NCBI GenBank assembly: GCA_043228905.1
Contig: JBHGNT010000009.1
Location: 11,470,001-11,534,000, forward strand
Length of the DNA stretch: 64,000 nt
Reading direction: 5' to 3'
Origin: Azolla caroliniana
Lineage: Eukaryota; Plantae; Polypodiophyta
Shown: positions 23,623-34,992 of the stretch, one piece after another
Layout of the letters: every line of letters begins with the position of its first letter
How positions within the stretch are numbered: position 1 is the first letter of the stretch
The notes under the pieces: model-generated
Database searches by the model: none
The model's input: only the letters and a program-made list of their open reading frames with translations
Told to the model about the DNA's origin: nothing
Translations under genes and position numbers: made by a program

Positions 23623-26600
23623 ATGGACAGAGGAATGGGAAGCTCACTTCCAACCGAAAAGCTTGACAGAAGCAACTACGCATCTTGGTCTTACAAGATG
23701 CACCAGTACTTGCTTGGCCATGGCTACTAGAGTTATGTCGAAGGAGCAAAGGATGTGGCACCCGACTCGACACATAGGGACTATCCAGCTTGGGAACAAG
23801 CGGCAAGCAAAGTGCTGTATTGCTTCGCGTCCTGTGTGAGCGATCAATTTTTGAGCTATATTCGGGATGCCAAGACGCCGAAGGACGTGTGGGCGAATCT
23901 CAAAAGGATTTTCGCCGCTAGCACAACAGCCAGAAAGCTGTAGCTCAGACAAGAGCTCAGCAATGTACGATAGAGAGATATGTTGGTGGCTAATTACACC
24001 ACCAAGATCAAAGAAATTTGCGACTCTCTCGCCTCTGTCAACGTGAACGTCGAGGAAGATGAAATGGTGCAGGTTTGTCTCAGTGGCTTGGCGTCGAAGT
24101 TCGGACCTTTCTGAACGACAGTCTGCACGAGGGAGATTACGCCTTCATTTTTCGAGCTTCACTCAATGTTGCTCTTAGAAGAAAACCACGCGGGTGCGTC
24201 TATGAGTGCGCACGCCAATGGCAAGATGCTTTACATGGAGGATGACAAGCCCCGTGGTCGTGGTGGACGAGGTGGATCGGCGTGCAATGGAGGCGGCCAA
24301 AAAGAGCAGAATGTACGGCATAATATAGATGCCGGAAGCAATTCCGAACCCTCCGCAAGCAGGGGAAGTCATGGCGCACCGGAAGACGGCAAGAGAAGAC
24401 CGCGCCGGATTGCTGGTACTATGGCAAGAAAGGCCACAAGGAGAGCGAGTGCTGGAAAAAGCGAGCCGATTCAGACAAAGCTGGATCGAGCCGAAGAGAC
24501 GCAGAGAGGCGTCAGAGATTGCACCATGCAGAAGGCTCTGAACGAGCCAGAAACAAATCGGGCCCATCCTTCGTAATGAAGCATAAGGCCAATTCTATGG
24601 CCATGAACACCTGGAAATCAAGTGAGGTGTGATATGTTGATTCCGGAGCGTCAAATCATATGACGAGTCACGAGGAATGGTTCTAGTACCTGGAGAAACC
24701 GGAATCACAAGGAGTGGTCAAAACGGGAGACGACACTCCACATACCATCGAACATGTCGGCGAAGTTCCTCTTAGCCACGTCGGGCAGAAAGGGAAACTC
24801 ATGAACGTGCTGCACGTCTCTACAATAACGAAGAACCTAGTGTCGGTCGGTCAGATCGTCGTCCAAGGAATGCAGGTTCGATTCACGCATCTCGGCTGCT
24901 TCATAGAAGAGGAAGGCAAAGTAATCATGCAAGGGCGCTGTCAAGGGAGGATTTTTATCCTCGACACTAATCAAGCGGGAACCGCGTTGTACGCAAAAGG
25001 ACAAAAGGTCGAATCGGATATCGACCTGTAGCACAAGCGGTTCGGCCATGTAAATTTCCCACGGCTTTGTGAAATGCAGACAAAGAACATTGTTTTCGGG
25101 TTGCCAAAATTTCGTGGCCGGAGTGGCCAAGTCTGCGAAGCCTGTCAGATGGGAAAACAACACCGACTTCCATTCCCCAATGAGAGTAATCATAGTTGAA
25201 GTCCGTTGGATTTAATCCATTCGGATGTGTGGGGTCTAGCACAGAACGTGAGTCTCGGTGGAAACCGTTACTTTGTAACCTTCATCGACGACTTCTAGAG
25301 GAGAAGAGGAGGAAGCTAGATGCCAAGGCCGAGAAATGTATCTTGGTCAGCTATTTAGACGAGAAAAAGGGGTATAAGTGCTATAACCCCCAAACAAAGG
25401 AAGTACGTGTAAGCCGCAATGTCGTATTTGACGAGTCCGCTTCGTGGTACTTGCCTTCTCCTCTAGAACCTCATGACTCCATTCCGACTTCTAAAGAAGA
25501 AATCAGCAAGGCTGAAATGCCTCCGCATGATGAGGACGTCGGAGGTCTAAGAGAGAGTCCGACCTCATTTCGGCTAACCGGGCCGAATGAGGGGTTGGGC
25601 TGAGATGGCCAACCAGATGATGAGATGGCGAGTAGTGGAGACTCGGCCGTGCATTCCCCGCGCAGGAAGCCGAGGAGACGGCTTACACGCAAGGAAAAAG
25701 GCAAGAAGAAAATGTCGGAATACGACTTCGGTAGCGTCGAGTCAGATCGGAGTGAGTCTGACTATAGGCAACCTGAAAAAGAACCTCCACGGAAGAGATC
25801 AATAGTAGCCGAGAAGGTCGTGAAATCGGGTAATCACGAATTATGCTGATCTACCCGCCTCAAGAACCCCGCCAAGAGATACGGGTATAATGAATACATG
25901 GCGCACCATTATGTGTATATGACGCGAGTGGTGGAAGTGCGTGGGCCGGAGAGCTACACAGAAGCGGCGAGAGATGCAAAGTGGCGTGCCGTGATGGAGG
26001 AAGAGATGCGCGCCTTAACGTAGAACGAGACATGGAACCTGGTTGCCGCACTGAAGGGTGTGAAGCCGATCAGATGTCGGTGGGTGTATAAAGTGAAATA
26101 CAATATTGACGGCTCTGTCAATCGATACAAGGCCCGCTTAGTAGCGAAAGGCTACGCGCAGCAACACGACATCGTTTACGATGAGACCTTTGTGCCTGTC
26201 GCGAAGATGACCACCGTCCGTGTTCTACTAGCTGTAGCTGCGGTAAAGGGGTGGCACTTACATCAAATGGATGTAAAGAACGCTTTCCTGCAAGGTGATC
26301 TTGAGGAACATGTGTATATGATACAGCCCCCCGGATTTCTATCCGAACGAAACACCTCGGCGGTTTGCCGACTGAAGAGGTCATTGTACGGACTAAAGCA
26401 AGCCCTGCAAGCTTGGAACACGAAGATTACGCAACAACTGCGTAGGATGGGCTTTACAACGTCAAAATCAGGCTCTTCGCTATTTGTTCGGCAAGGTCAA
26501 CACGAACCAGTCAGTCTCCTATTATATGTTGATGATTTAGTCATCACCGGTGCCGACCTGGATGAAATCCGCTGCGTGAAGTCTCAACTTGCGGCATCGT

Positions 26601-27480
26601 TTGAAATGAAGGATCTCAGAGACCTTCATTACTTCCTCGGGATCGAAGTGATCTATACCCCTGAAGGCATATTGATTAGCCAATGTCATTACGCGCTGAA
26701 TATGCTCTTCAAGTTCAGGATGGCAAACTGTAAGCCCATCTCGACCCCTCTGGATAGAAATGTGAAGCTTCGCCCAGATTCGGGCAAGGCGTGCGACCCA
26801 ACATGGTTCCGATAGATTGTCGGGAGCCTTATCTATTTGACGATTACTCGGCCAAATCTTAGCTACCTGGTCGGTTTAATCAGTCAATTCATGTCGCAGC
26901 CTATGGCTGAACACTTTCAGTACGCGCAACGAATATTGCGATATGTCAGCGGCACGAAAGACATGGCGTTGCTATATCGAGCAGGTGTAGCCGAACAGTT
27001 AGTCGGGTACACAGATGCCGATTGGGCTGTAAATGCCAGTGATCGTCGATCCACATCCGGATACACCTTCTCGTTAGGAAGTGCGGCGATCGCGTGGAGC
27101 AGCAAAAAGTAGCTGACAGTGGCACGGTCGAGCACGGAGGCCGAATATCGAGGGGCGACTGTCGCTACGTGCGAAGTGATTTGGCTGAAACGGCTATAAC
27201 GGGATCTATAGGTAGAGTTGTCTGATCCGACGACGATCTTTTGTGACAACCTCAACAATATCCACCTTGCGAAGAACCCCGTTTTCCATGCCCGGACCAA
27301 GCACATTGAGGTCCATTACCATTTTGTCGGCGAGCGGGTCCTTTCAGGTGAAGTCGGACTGGTGCATGTTCCGATTGATCGGTAGGTTGCCGACATCTTC
27401 AGCAAGACTCTTGGTCTTGACTAGTTATGACATTTCTCGGATGAGCTAGGGTTGCATCACCTCGACATGCCAAACTTGAA
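23623..27480 (+). pseudogene. gag-pol of Copia B, many stops, internal integrase deletion
   Basis: YVDSGASNHMT, RWVYKVK, QMDVKNAFLQG, YVDDL, GYTDADW, RTKHIEVHYHF. Confidence 0.9.
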
Positions 27481-28821
27481 CGGGAGAAAGGAAGACGAAC
27501 AGGAACAAGAGCGTGAAAGGAGCGGAGGTGTTCATCACAGCGGAAGTGACCGTGATGAGGAATCGGATCAAGAATTCGATTTCAGACCGGCTGAAGAAGC
27601 CGAAGAAGAAAGCAAGGGTCACAATCGTAGTGAGGACAACCAAATCAGGGCGAGATACATCCAAGAAGGGCGTAAAGGCCAAGACCAAGACGTGGTCTGA
27701 TGTAGTCAAAGGCCTAAAGATTGAGGATGAATTGGAGATAGCCAACTCGAATGAGAGTGAAATTGAATCAGAAGAGTTCGATTCAATAGGTATGTTCGAT
27801 TCGGATACGCCGAATCAACTGAAGGCCATGCGGAGAAAAGGGCAGCAGAGAACGCGTCGACACCGCGACAACAAGGGAGCTGAGAAGGGCCGAACAAGCA
27901 GACAAGTTGACCGGAAGGGTCGAAGCGCGCGGAATCGAACGGGTCGAGGAGCGCGAGCGAGGCGTGAAGCCAGAAGGAACCGGAGCGTAGATCCTGTGGA
28001 GCAAGTGGAACCTAAAGTTGAGCTTGAGGGGGAGTGTTGAGAGACAAGCTCAACATTCGGTGTGAAGTACGCAGCATAACCCAGTGCGTAGACTGGGTGT
28101 GTGAAAAAGTACGCACAATAGGGCCGCATTGGTGTGAAAACCGAAGAGGCTGTTAGAGCGTTATTCCTCGTAAAGGAATAAGTTTGGGAGTTTGTGTAGT
28201 CGGCTCATTTATGAGCATTCAAGTACTGTCAGTACTTGTGTCAACCCGATTGTCAGGGCTTGTATATAAGGTGCTCACTGAGCACGAAGTATGTACACAT
28301 AGAACAGAGTGTTATTTTCAAATTTGAGTTTTCTGTTGTCTGCTCTCTATCGTTTGCCGATTACGAACACGGTCTAAGGCCAGTCCTTCGACCTAGACCT
28401 TAAAGTGACCGTGTTGCAACGAATGGTATCGTCGTAGCGTAATACTTAGTGGGATACCTCCCATATCCTAGTAGTGTATAAGGGAGATGGTTACAACCGA
28501 ACTCCTTAGACAGTGGACTAGCAACCACACTGTTACTCACGCCCACGCTCTTACGATTGCGCTACGCCACCAAGAATCACAGACACACAGTAGATTAACC
28601 ACAGATACACATAGGGATTAGAGAAGATAGAACTCTATTAAGATACGCCTTTTACATTCAAAATTACACGCTACCTCTATCAGAGGATTTCTACCCTTTA
28701 TATACACAAGGTCTTTTTAGTAGTTCACGCTTCCCGCGTGAACAGTTAACATGTGTTACAATTTTACTATATTATATTCCTGCGCTCTTGTCCGTCGGTT
28801 ACTATTCTGGCGGACAACACC

Positions 28822-28837
28822 TGGCACGCCTATGGGA
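28822..28837 (+). promoter_or_regulatory. Inverted PBS-like site (tRNA-Arg type) at the PPT position of F
   Basis: TGGCACGCCTATGGGA, 2 nt from the LTR terminus at 28819. No purine tract adjacent. Confidence 0.75.
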
Positions 28838-28905
28838 TAGTGCCATGGCACGTCGGACCCACCCCTTTAATATTCCTCCAAAATGGGTTGGATGTTTGGT
28901 TCTAC

Positions 28906-29929
28906 TCAAGTGTCCGGGTCCAGGGACGACATAGTGTTCGTAGGCGCGTTGGTACGTGGTTCCACTACCTGCTCGGGAGGGCTGCCTATGGCGTCGCTGG
29001 CTTCTTGTGTGGGCGGTCCGGGCTCCACGGGCTCATCGTGTTCTATGGTGGTCGGTTCCGTCGTTGGCGGGCTCGCGGTAGGTCGGGGTTCTGTCTCATT
29101 CGTAACCTCCTCCGTGTTGTCGGTCGTAGTCGTGCACTCTGGTGAGTGAGGCTTGGGTTCCTCTTGATCGGCGATTTCACTTTTTGGTATCACGGGGGGC
29201 TCCGCTTGCCGTTCCGTGCTGTGCACCGTAGTGGTTCTTTTCGATGATATGGGCTGAGGTTCCTCTTGTTCGGCAGTATCCGGAATAGGTATCGCAATGG
29301 ATTCCTTGTTGGTTCCCGTACTGCCGACTTGCTTGATTTGGTGAAACAGGTCCTCTTGACTTTCACCAAAATCTTCTAGTAGTTGCGCGAGTTCCTCGGA
29401 GTGTTGGTGCACTAGCACGCGATAATCCTGCGCTAGGTCCTCGCGTACTGCCGCAATGCTTTCCTCATTGAGCTTGTAGAACCCGCGGTCGTCTTTCCTT
29501 TGGTTCTCCCAGTCCGCCCGGTATGTATGCAACTCTGCCGCTTGTGCGGCCCACGCCATCCAGGCTTTATCGACCGCCACTTATAATTGCATTGTAAACC
29601 TCTCCCGATTTGTTTGAAGAAGTATGCGCACGTTGTTAGTTATTGCTTGGCAACGGTTGCGTGCTTCTTCTACAGCCTTGGCGGATGCCGAATATGGCCT
29701 GAAATATCTCTGCAAAGTTTCCATAGGAGGGATTTCGAAATGCCTTTCACCCAGTGATGACAGGTCAAGCTTTTTCCGGATGGATGAGTTGGTGACCGTG
29801 TCGATGTTGAGCTTCCTAGCGATGTCCAGTGCGTCAGGGTGTGGTGGTGCCTCGACGACTCTGATGTACCCATCCAAGCGTTTCTCCACGAGCCATCAAC
29901 ACAAGGCGGTAGAGATGAATATCGGCATA
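28906..29929 (-). pseudogene. Additional ORF of F between integrase and 3' LTR (helical/coiled-coil then P/T/E-rich), unknown function
   Basis: ORFs 29581-29889 and 28906-29580 are in one frame, separated by a single TAA. Upstream in-frame ATG near 29929. Confidence 0.6.
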
Positions 29930-32900
29930 GTCGGAATAGGCTCGTGGCTAGTGGGTGAAGACAGTTGGTTGCGGTGGGCTTGAGCTCTGTGATAGGATGG
30001 AGAAGAGGGTGAGGAAGGGGAACAATGAGAGCGATGAGAGTTAGAAGGTTGATTTCTGTATTGTGCAGAAAACCTTCTATTTCCTTCTTTTTGTGGCCTA
30101 GGGTTTATTGGTCAGTGAGCCATCGTGGTGCCGCGTGTTCTTGGCCTAAAAGTCTGTGCATGCCTTAAGTCCTTTTAATAGCATCACTATCTTCTTCTCT
30201 TTTTTTTTTTAAACGGTTACAAGTGGGGCCTTATATTTACTCTGCAGATTCTCCGGCTTTGTCCTATCCGGCGAGGAACGGGTTAGGTGGCGTAGGTCCC
30301 AGATAAGGTTTCAGGCGAAACCCATTCAGTTTTTGTCATAACACTTCCCCAACCAACGTGCCCTGTTCTGCTCCTACTATCCAGTACGGGCCTGTCCAGC
30401 GGAATCTTAATTTTCCTGGCATATGCCCCATGCGTGTTTGGAAAACTAATACCGCTTTTCCAGCCGTAAAATCTTTTTCACACGCATGCCGATGTCGGTC
30501 CACGAATGCTTTGTGCCGCCGTTGTTCGTGCTCGAATATGGCCATACTGCGTAACCATGTTTCTCCTAGCTCTAGCAGTTGTTGTAGCTGTACTTGTTCG
30601 GATTTGCCCTCTGGTAGCCGGGCTCGTACTTGAATCCGCAGACTGGGTACCTGGAATTCGACTGGCATCACAGCCTCCAGACCAAATGCTAGCATGAACG
30701 GTGTTGATTGTATGCTAGTCTTATAGCTAGTACGGTATGCCCATAACGCGCTATGCAACTTGGTGTCCCAATCCGTCCTGTTCTCATTGACTATCTTTTC
30801 GAGGATAGTTTGTAGGGTTTTGTTCGTGGATTCCACCAAGCCATTTGCCTGCGGGTAATACAACGTACTTTTTTTGTGCACCACAACGTAATGTTGGGTC
30901 AGTTCACTGATGACCGTATTCAGAAAGTGACTCCCTTGGTCACCAATGAGCTTGATAGGGCAGCCGAAACGACACCAGATGTGTTCGTAAAGGAATTTTG
31001 CTGTGACTGTCGCGGTATTCTCGCGTAATGGTTTCACTTCTACCCACTTGGTACAGTAATCCGTAGCCACCAGGATGTACTTATTGCCTGTTCGAGCGGC
31101 CGCCGGGGTAAAGGGTCCCACGAAATCTAACCCCCACTTTTGGAAAGGATCTAGTGGCAATACTGGTTGGTGTGGCATTCTTGCGACTTCCGTGGGTTGG
31201 CCCAGTCATTGACATAAATCACACTGTTTGCAATATTCATACGTGTCCTTTTGCGTCGTCGGCCACCAAAGTCCTGGTTGCCAAATTTTCCGGGTCGTAA
31301 CATCACCTGCGTAATGTCCTCCTGCCGTACCACAATGGGCTTCGCGTAGAACCGCGGCGTTCTCATCCTGCCGTATTCCGCGCCTCAGATGCTGTCACTG
31401 CCCTTGTGGTATAATATGTCTTCCACTAAACAGAAATTTCGACTTCGTACGACCAGCCGTTTTTTCTCGTCCGTCCGTAATTGGGGTGGCGCCCTGTGGT
31501 CAGGAAGTAGGTCATTTCCATGAGCCACCGATCCAGGAAAGTCTTTTTCGTTCGTTCAGCTAGCGTTGCTACCCGTAGAATGTCTACATCCGGAAAGTCG
31601 TCGTTTCTCCATTATTGAGATTGCTCAAAAAATCTGCCACTGCGTGTTGCGTACTCGGGCGGTGCTGAATTACAAAGTCGAATTCTTGAAGCAGCAACAT
31701 CCATCTCACCAATTTCCCCGTTAGCGCTTGTTTCCCTACCAAATATAGCTGTGCCGAATGATCCACGTGAAATGTGAATTTCCGCCCTAGCAGACAATGC
31801 CGGAACTTATTAATGTTGTAGATCATACCCAACGCCTCACGTTCTGTTGTGGAATAGTTACGCTCAGCCGTTGATAATTTCTGACTAGCGTAGTACACCA
31901 GTCGGTACCAATTCGGCTCCGTGAGCTACATTAGCACACTACCTATTGCTATGTCCGAGGCATCTACGAACACGTGGAATGGCTTCGCCCAAACTTGTGG
32001 TTGTACGATGGGTGCCTACGTTAGCATTACCTTTAGCGCATCCTATGCCTTCTCTTCCATAGCTATCCATTGCAAGGGAGTCCGATGAATGACCACATTT
32101 AACGGCGTGGCGAAGTCCGCCAGAAAGCGTATCATCCGACTGTGGCATCGTATTTGCTCTAAAAACCGGCTGAGTGATTTCGCGTTTGTCGGCATTTTTG
32201 CGTGAGTAATCGCGGAGATTTTATTCGAATCGACCACTATCCCTTCCTTGCTGACTAAATGGCCGAGGAGAGCCTCGCCGGTAAAATGTCGAAGGCGCAT
32301 TTGGCGGGATTCAAGCTTAAGCATGCGGTTCGGCAACACTCCAAGCAAAGCTGCAGATGCGTAAAATGGTCGGTTGTTGTCCCATATACCGCAAAATCGT
32401 CTAAACAAACTTGCATGAATGCCGGAATATATTCCCCAAAAAACTCTATGATTGTTCGTTGAAATGTCGTCGACGCCGTCTTTAGCCTGAACATCATGAC
32501 AACTGTGACATAGACTCCCCAATTCGTGACAAACGTCGTCTTCTCTTGGTCGTCGGGGTGCATGCATACTTGGTTGTACCCACTGAAGCCATCTAAAAAG
32601 TTGTACATGTCATGCCCTGCGACGACGTCTAGTACGCTATCGGTGAACGATAAAGGGAATGCGTCCGTAATGGTTACGACGTTCAATTTCCGGTAGTCCA
32701 CGCATACATGTATTTTGCCATTTTTCTTTGGCACGACTACTATTGGGCTAAACCATGTAGCTTGTTTAACTTGTCGTATGAATCCGGCCTTGAGGAGTTT
32801 GTCAATTTCTTCTTTTACGCGGGCCGCGTAGTTTCGGTTCATACAGTATCGATGGTGCTGGACCGGTTTCGCGTCGGTGGCTAAATTGATCTTATGTTGA

Positions 32901-34992
32901 TAGAACTTCGGATCTAGCCCCTTCATGTCCTCGTGGGCCCAGGCAAACACATCTTTATACTTCCTGAGTAGTGTTATCATTGCGTCTCTTTGATCCGGCA
33001 GTAATTCTTTTGCGATGGAGAGGAATCAGGGTTCTGACATCGTACCCACGTTTACTTCTTCTAGGGCTGAGGTGGTGACTCGCCATGAAATTTCCATTTC
33101 CCTCTCGAACACTGTCCAAGCTTTGCTTAGTTCTTATATTGACTCTGGGTTTGGTTCGTAAGCCTCGTCGTGGAGTGTAGTGGTCGTGGCATATTCCACC
33201 GCGGTTTCGATGACGTCGATTTGGAACAGCGGAATAATCCGAGGGTGCTCCTCTAGGTATACCTCCAATTCTGTATCATCCACATACAATGGTGTTATGC
33301 CCTTGGGTTGTGCCGCCATTTCCTCTGTTGCTATGTGGACCTTGGTGCGTCCGCGTCGAAAGCAGATACACTTGTGTTGCTGGCTCTGCTTGATATTCGT
33401 TGAACGAAGCCACGGTCTGCCCAACAACACGGTCAAGGCCGAGGACTATCGCCGAGATGTCGAAGCGATGTCCTCCCATGATAATGCCTACCTTGCCCCT
33501 TGCCCTTGCGTACTGGGCATTCTGTGGCAAAATGTCTAGGTTGTTCTTCTTGCCACCTTTGTTCATTACGGCATGGGGCACTTTGTGTTTCCATGCTTCG
33601 TACTGTGGGCGTGGCTCTGTTCTACATATTGTACTCGCACTGCTCAATTGTGTAAGCTTTCGAGTGACAGATTGGACAGTGGATTCGCATGTTGCATTCA
33701 ACTGCGGAATGCCCCGAATTCAAGCAAATCGTGCATTGGATGCTTGACGAAAATGTCGCTCCTCGTCCTGAGGTAACACTTGTCGTAATGAGGACATGGA
33801 AAACCTTTCCTCTTCTTTGTCCAGCTCGAGCTGTAGCGCTCTTTCTATGACCATATCGTCCGTTTCCCCTTTCACGCTATTGTTGTTGAGCATTGTCCGT
33901 ATGGGTCGGCGTAATGCTGCCAAAAATGTCTCCCTAGCCTTGTCCTCCGTCGGGCCACGTTCTAATTTCTGCCGTAGATTTTGGAAGCGTAAACTGAAAT
34001 CCTCTACCGTCTCGGTCGGCAATTGTTTAATTGTATAAAACTGCCCGAGGATTTCGCGTTGCGGCACCCTCCGATGAAAAAACCGTAGAAAGGCTGACTG
34101 TTGCTGGTCAAAGGTCGTGATTGCTGGCAGATTCATCTGCGAATGCCAAAACGCCGCTCTCCCATCCAAGGTTAATCCGAACTCCGTCATTTTGGACTGG
34201 TGCGCTACTGCCTCAGAAAGGCTCCGCGCCATGTGGTTTGCATTCCAGACATTGAGGAATAGTCGGATGTGGGTTGCGGCGTCGGTTTCGCCATTGAAGC
34301 GGGGATAAGCAAAGGCCACAGTGCTTTTGTGGTGAGTGTGCTTCCTGCGTATTGCAAACACGGTCTACTCTCTATCTATTGTCTGCTCTCTATCTATTAC
34401 CGATTACAAACATGGTCTACGGTCAATCCTTCGACCTAGACCTCAAAGTGACTGTGTTGCAACGAATGGTATCGTCGTAGCGTAATACTTAGTGGGATAC
34501 CTCCCGTATCCTAGTAGTGTATAAGGGAGACGGCTACAACCGAACTCCTTAGACAGTGGACTAGCAACCACACTATTACTCACGCCTACGCTCTTACGAC
34601 TGCGCTACACCACCAAGAATCATAGACACACAGTAGATTAACCACAGATACGCATAGGGATTAGAGAAGATAGAACTCTATTAAGATACGCCTTTTACAT
34701 TCAAAATTACATGCTACCTCTATCAGAGGATTTCTACCCCTGTCTTTTTTGCAGTTCACGCTTCCCGTGTGAACAATTAACATGCGTTACAATTTTACTA
34801 TATTATATTCCTGCGCTCCTGTCCGTCGGTTACTATTCCGGCAGACAACAGTATCCATCTCCATCTCCATCTCTGCGTTTTCGGTGTTTTACCGAATTGT
34901 CTTATTCCTCCAAACTGTGTACTCTGTGTTTTACGCACACGCTTCCACACAATGCATTCTTTTACACCTTTCATGATTCTGTTACATGTATG

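Larger units (their letters stand above)
28352..34850 (-). mobile_element. Non-chromovirus Ty3/Gypsy element F (Athila/Tat-like pol, no archaeal RNase H seen) with extra 3' ORF
   Basis: LTRs 28352-28819 and 34395-34850. TSD CTATC/GTATC. Gag 33720-34330, RT FLDGFSGYNQ and CLDDF, RH QEFDF, IN WGLDFVGP...RWTGPY. Confidence 0.92.
15062..34966 (+). mobile_element. Ty1/Copia element B (same family as A), both LTRs interrupted
   Basis: Perfect TSD CCTTT. 5' LTR 15062-15401 + 23428-23518, PBS-Met 23519. Degraded gag-pol 23623-27480. PPT GAGGGGGAG at 28026-28034. 3' LTR 28035-28351 + 34851-34966. Confidence 0.93.
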
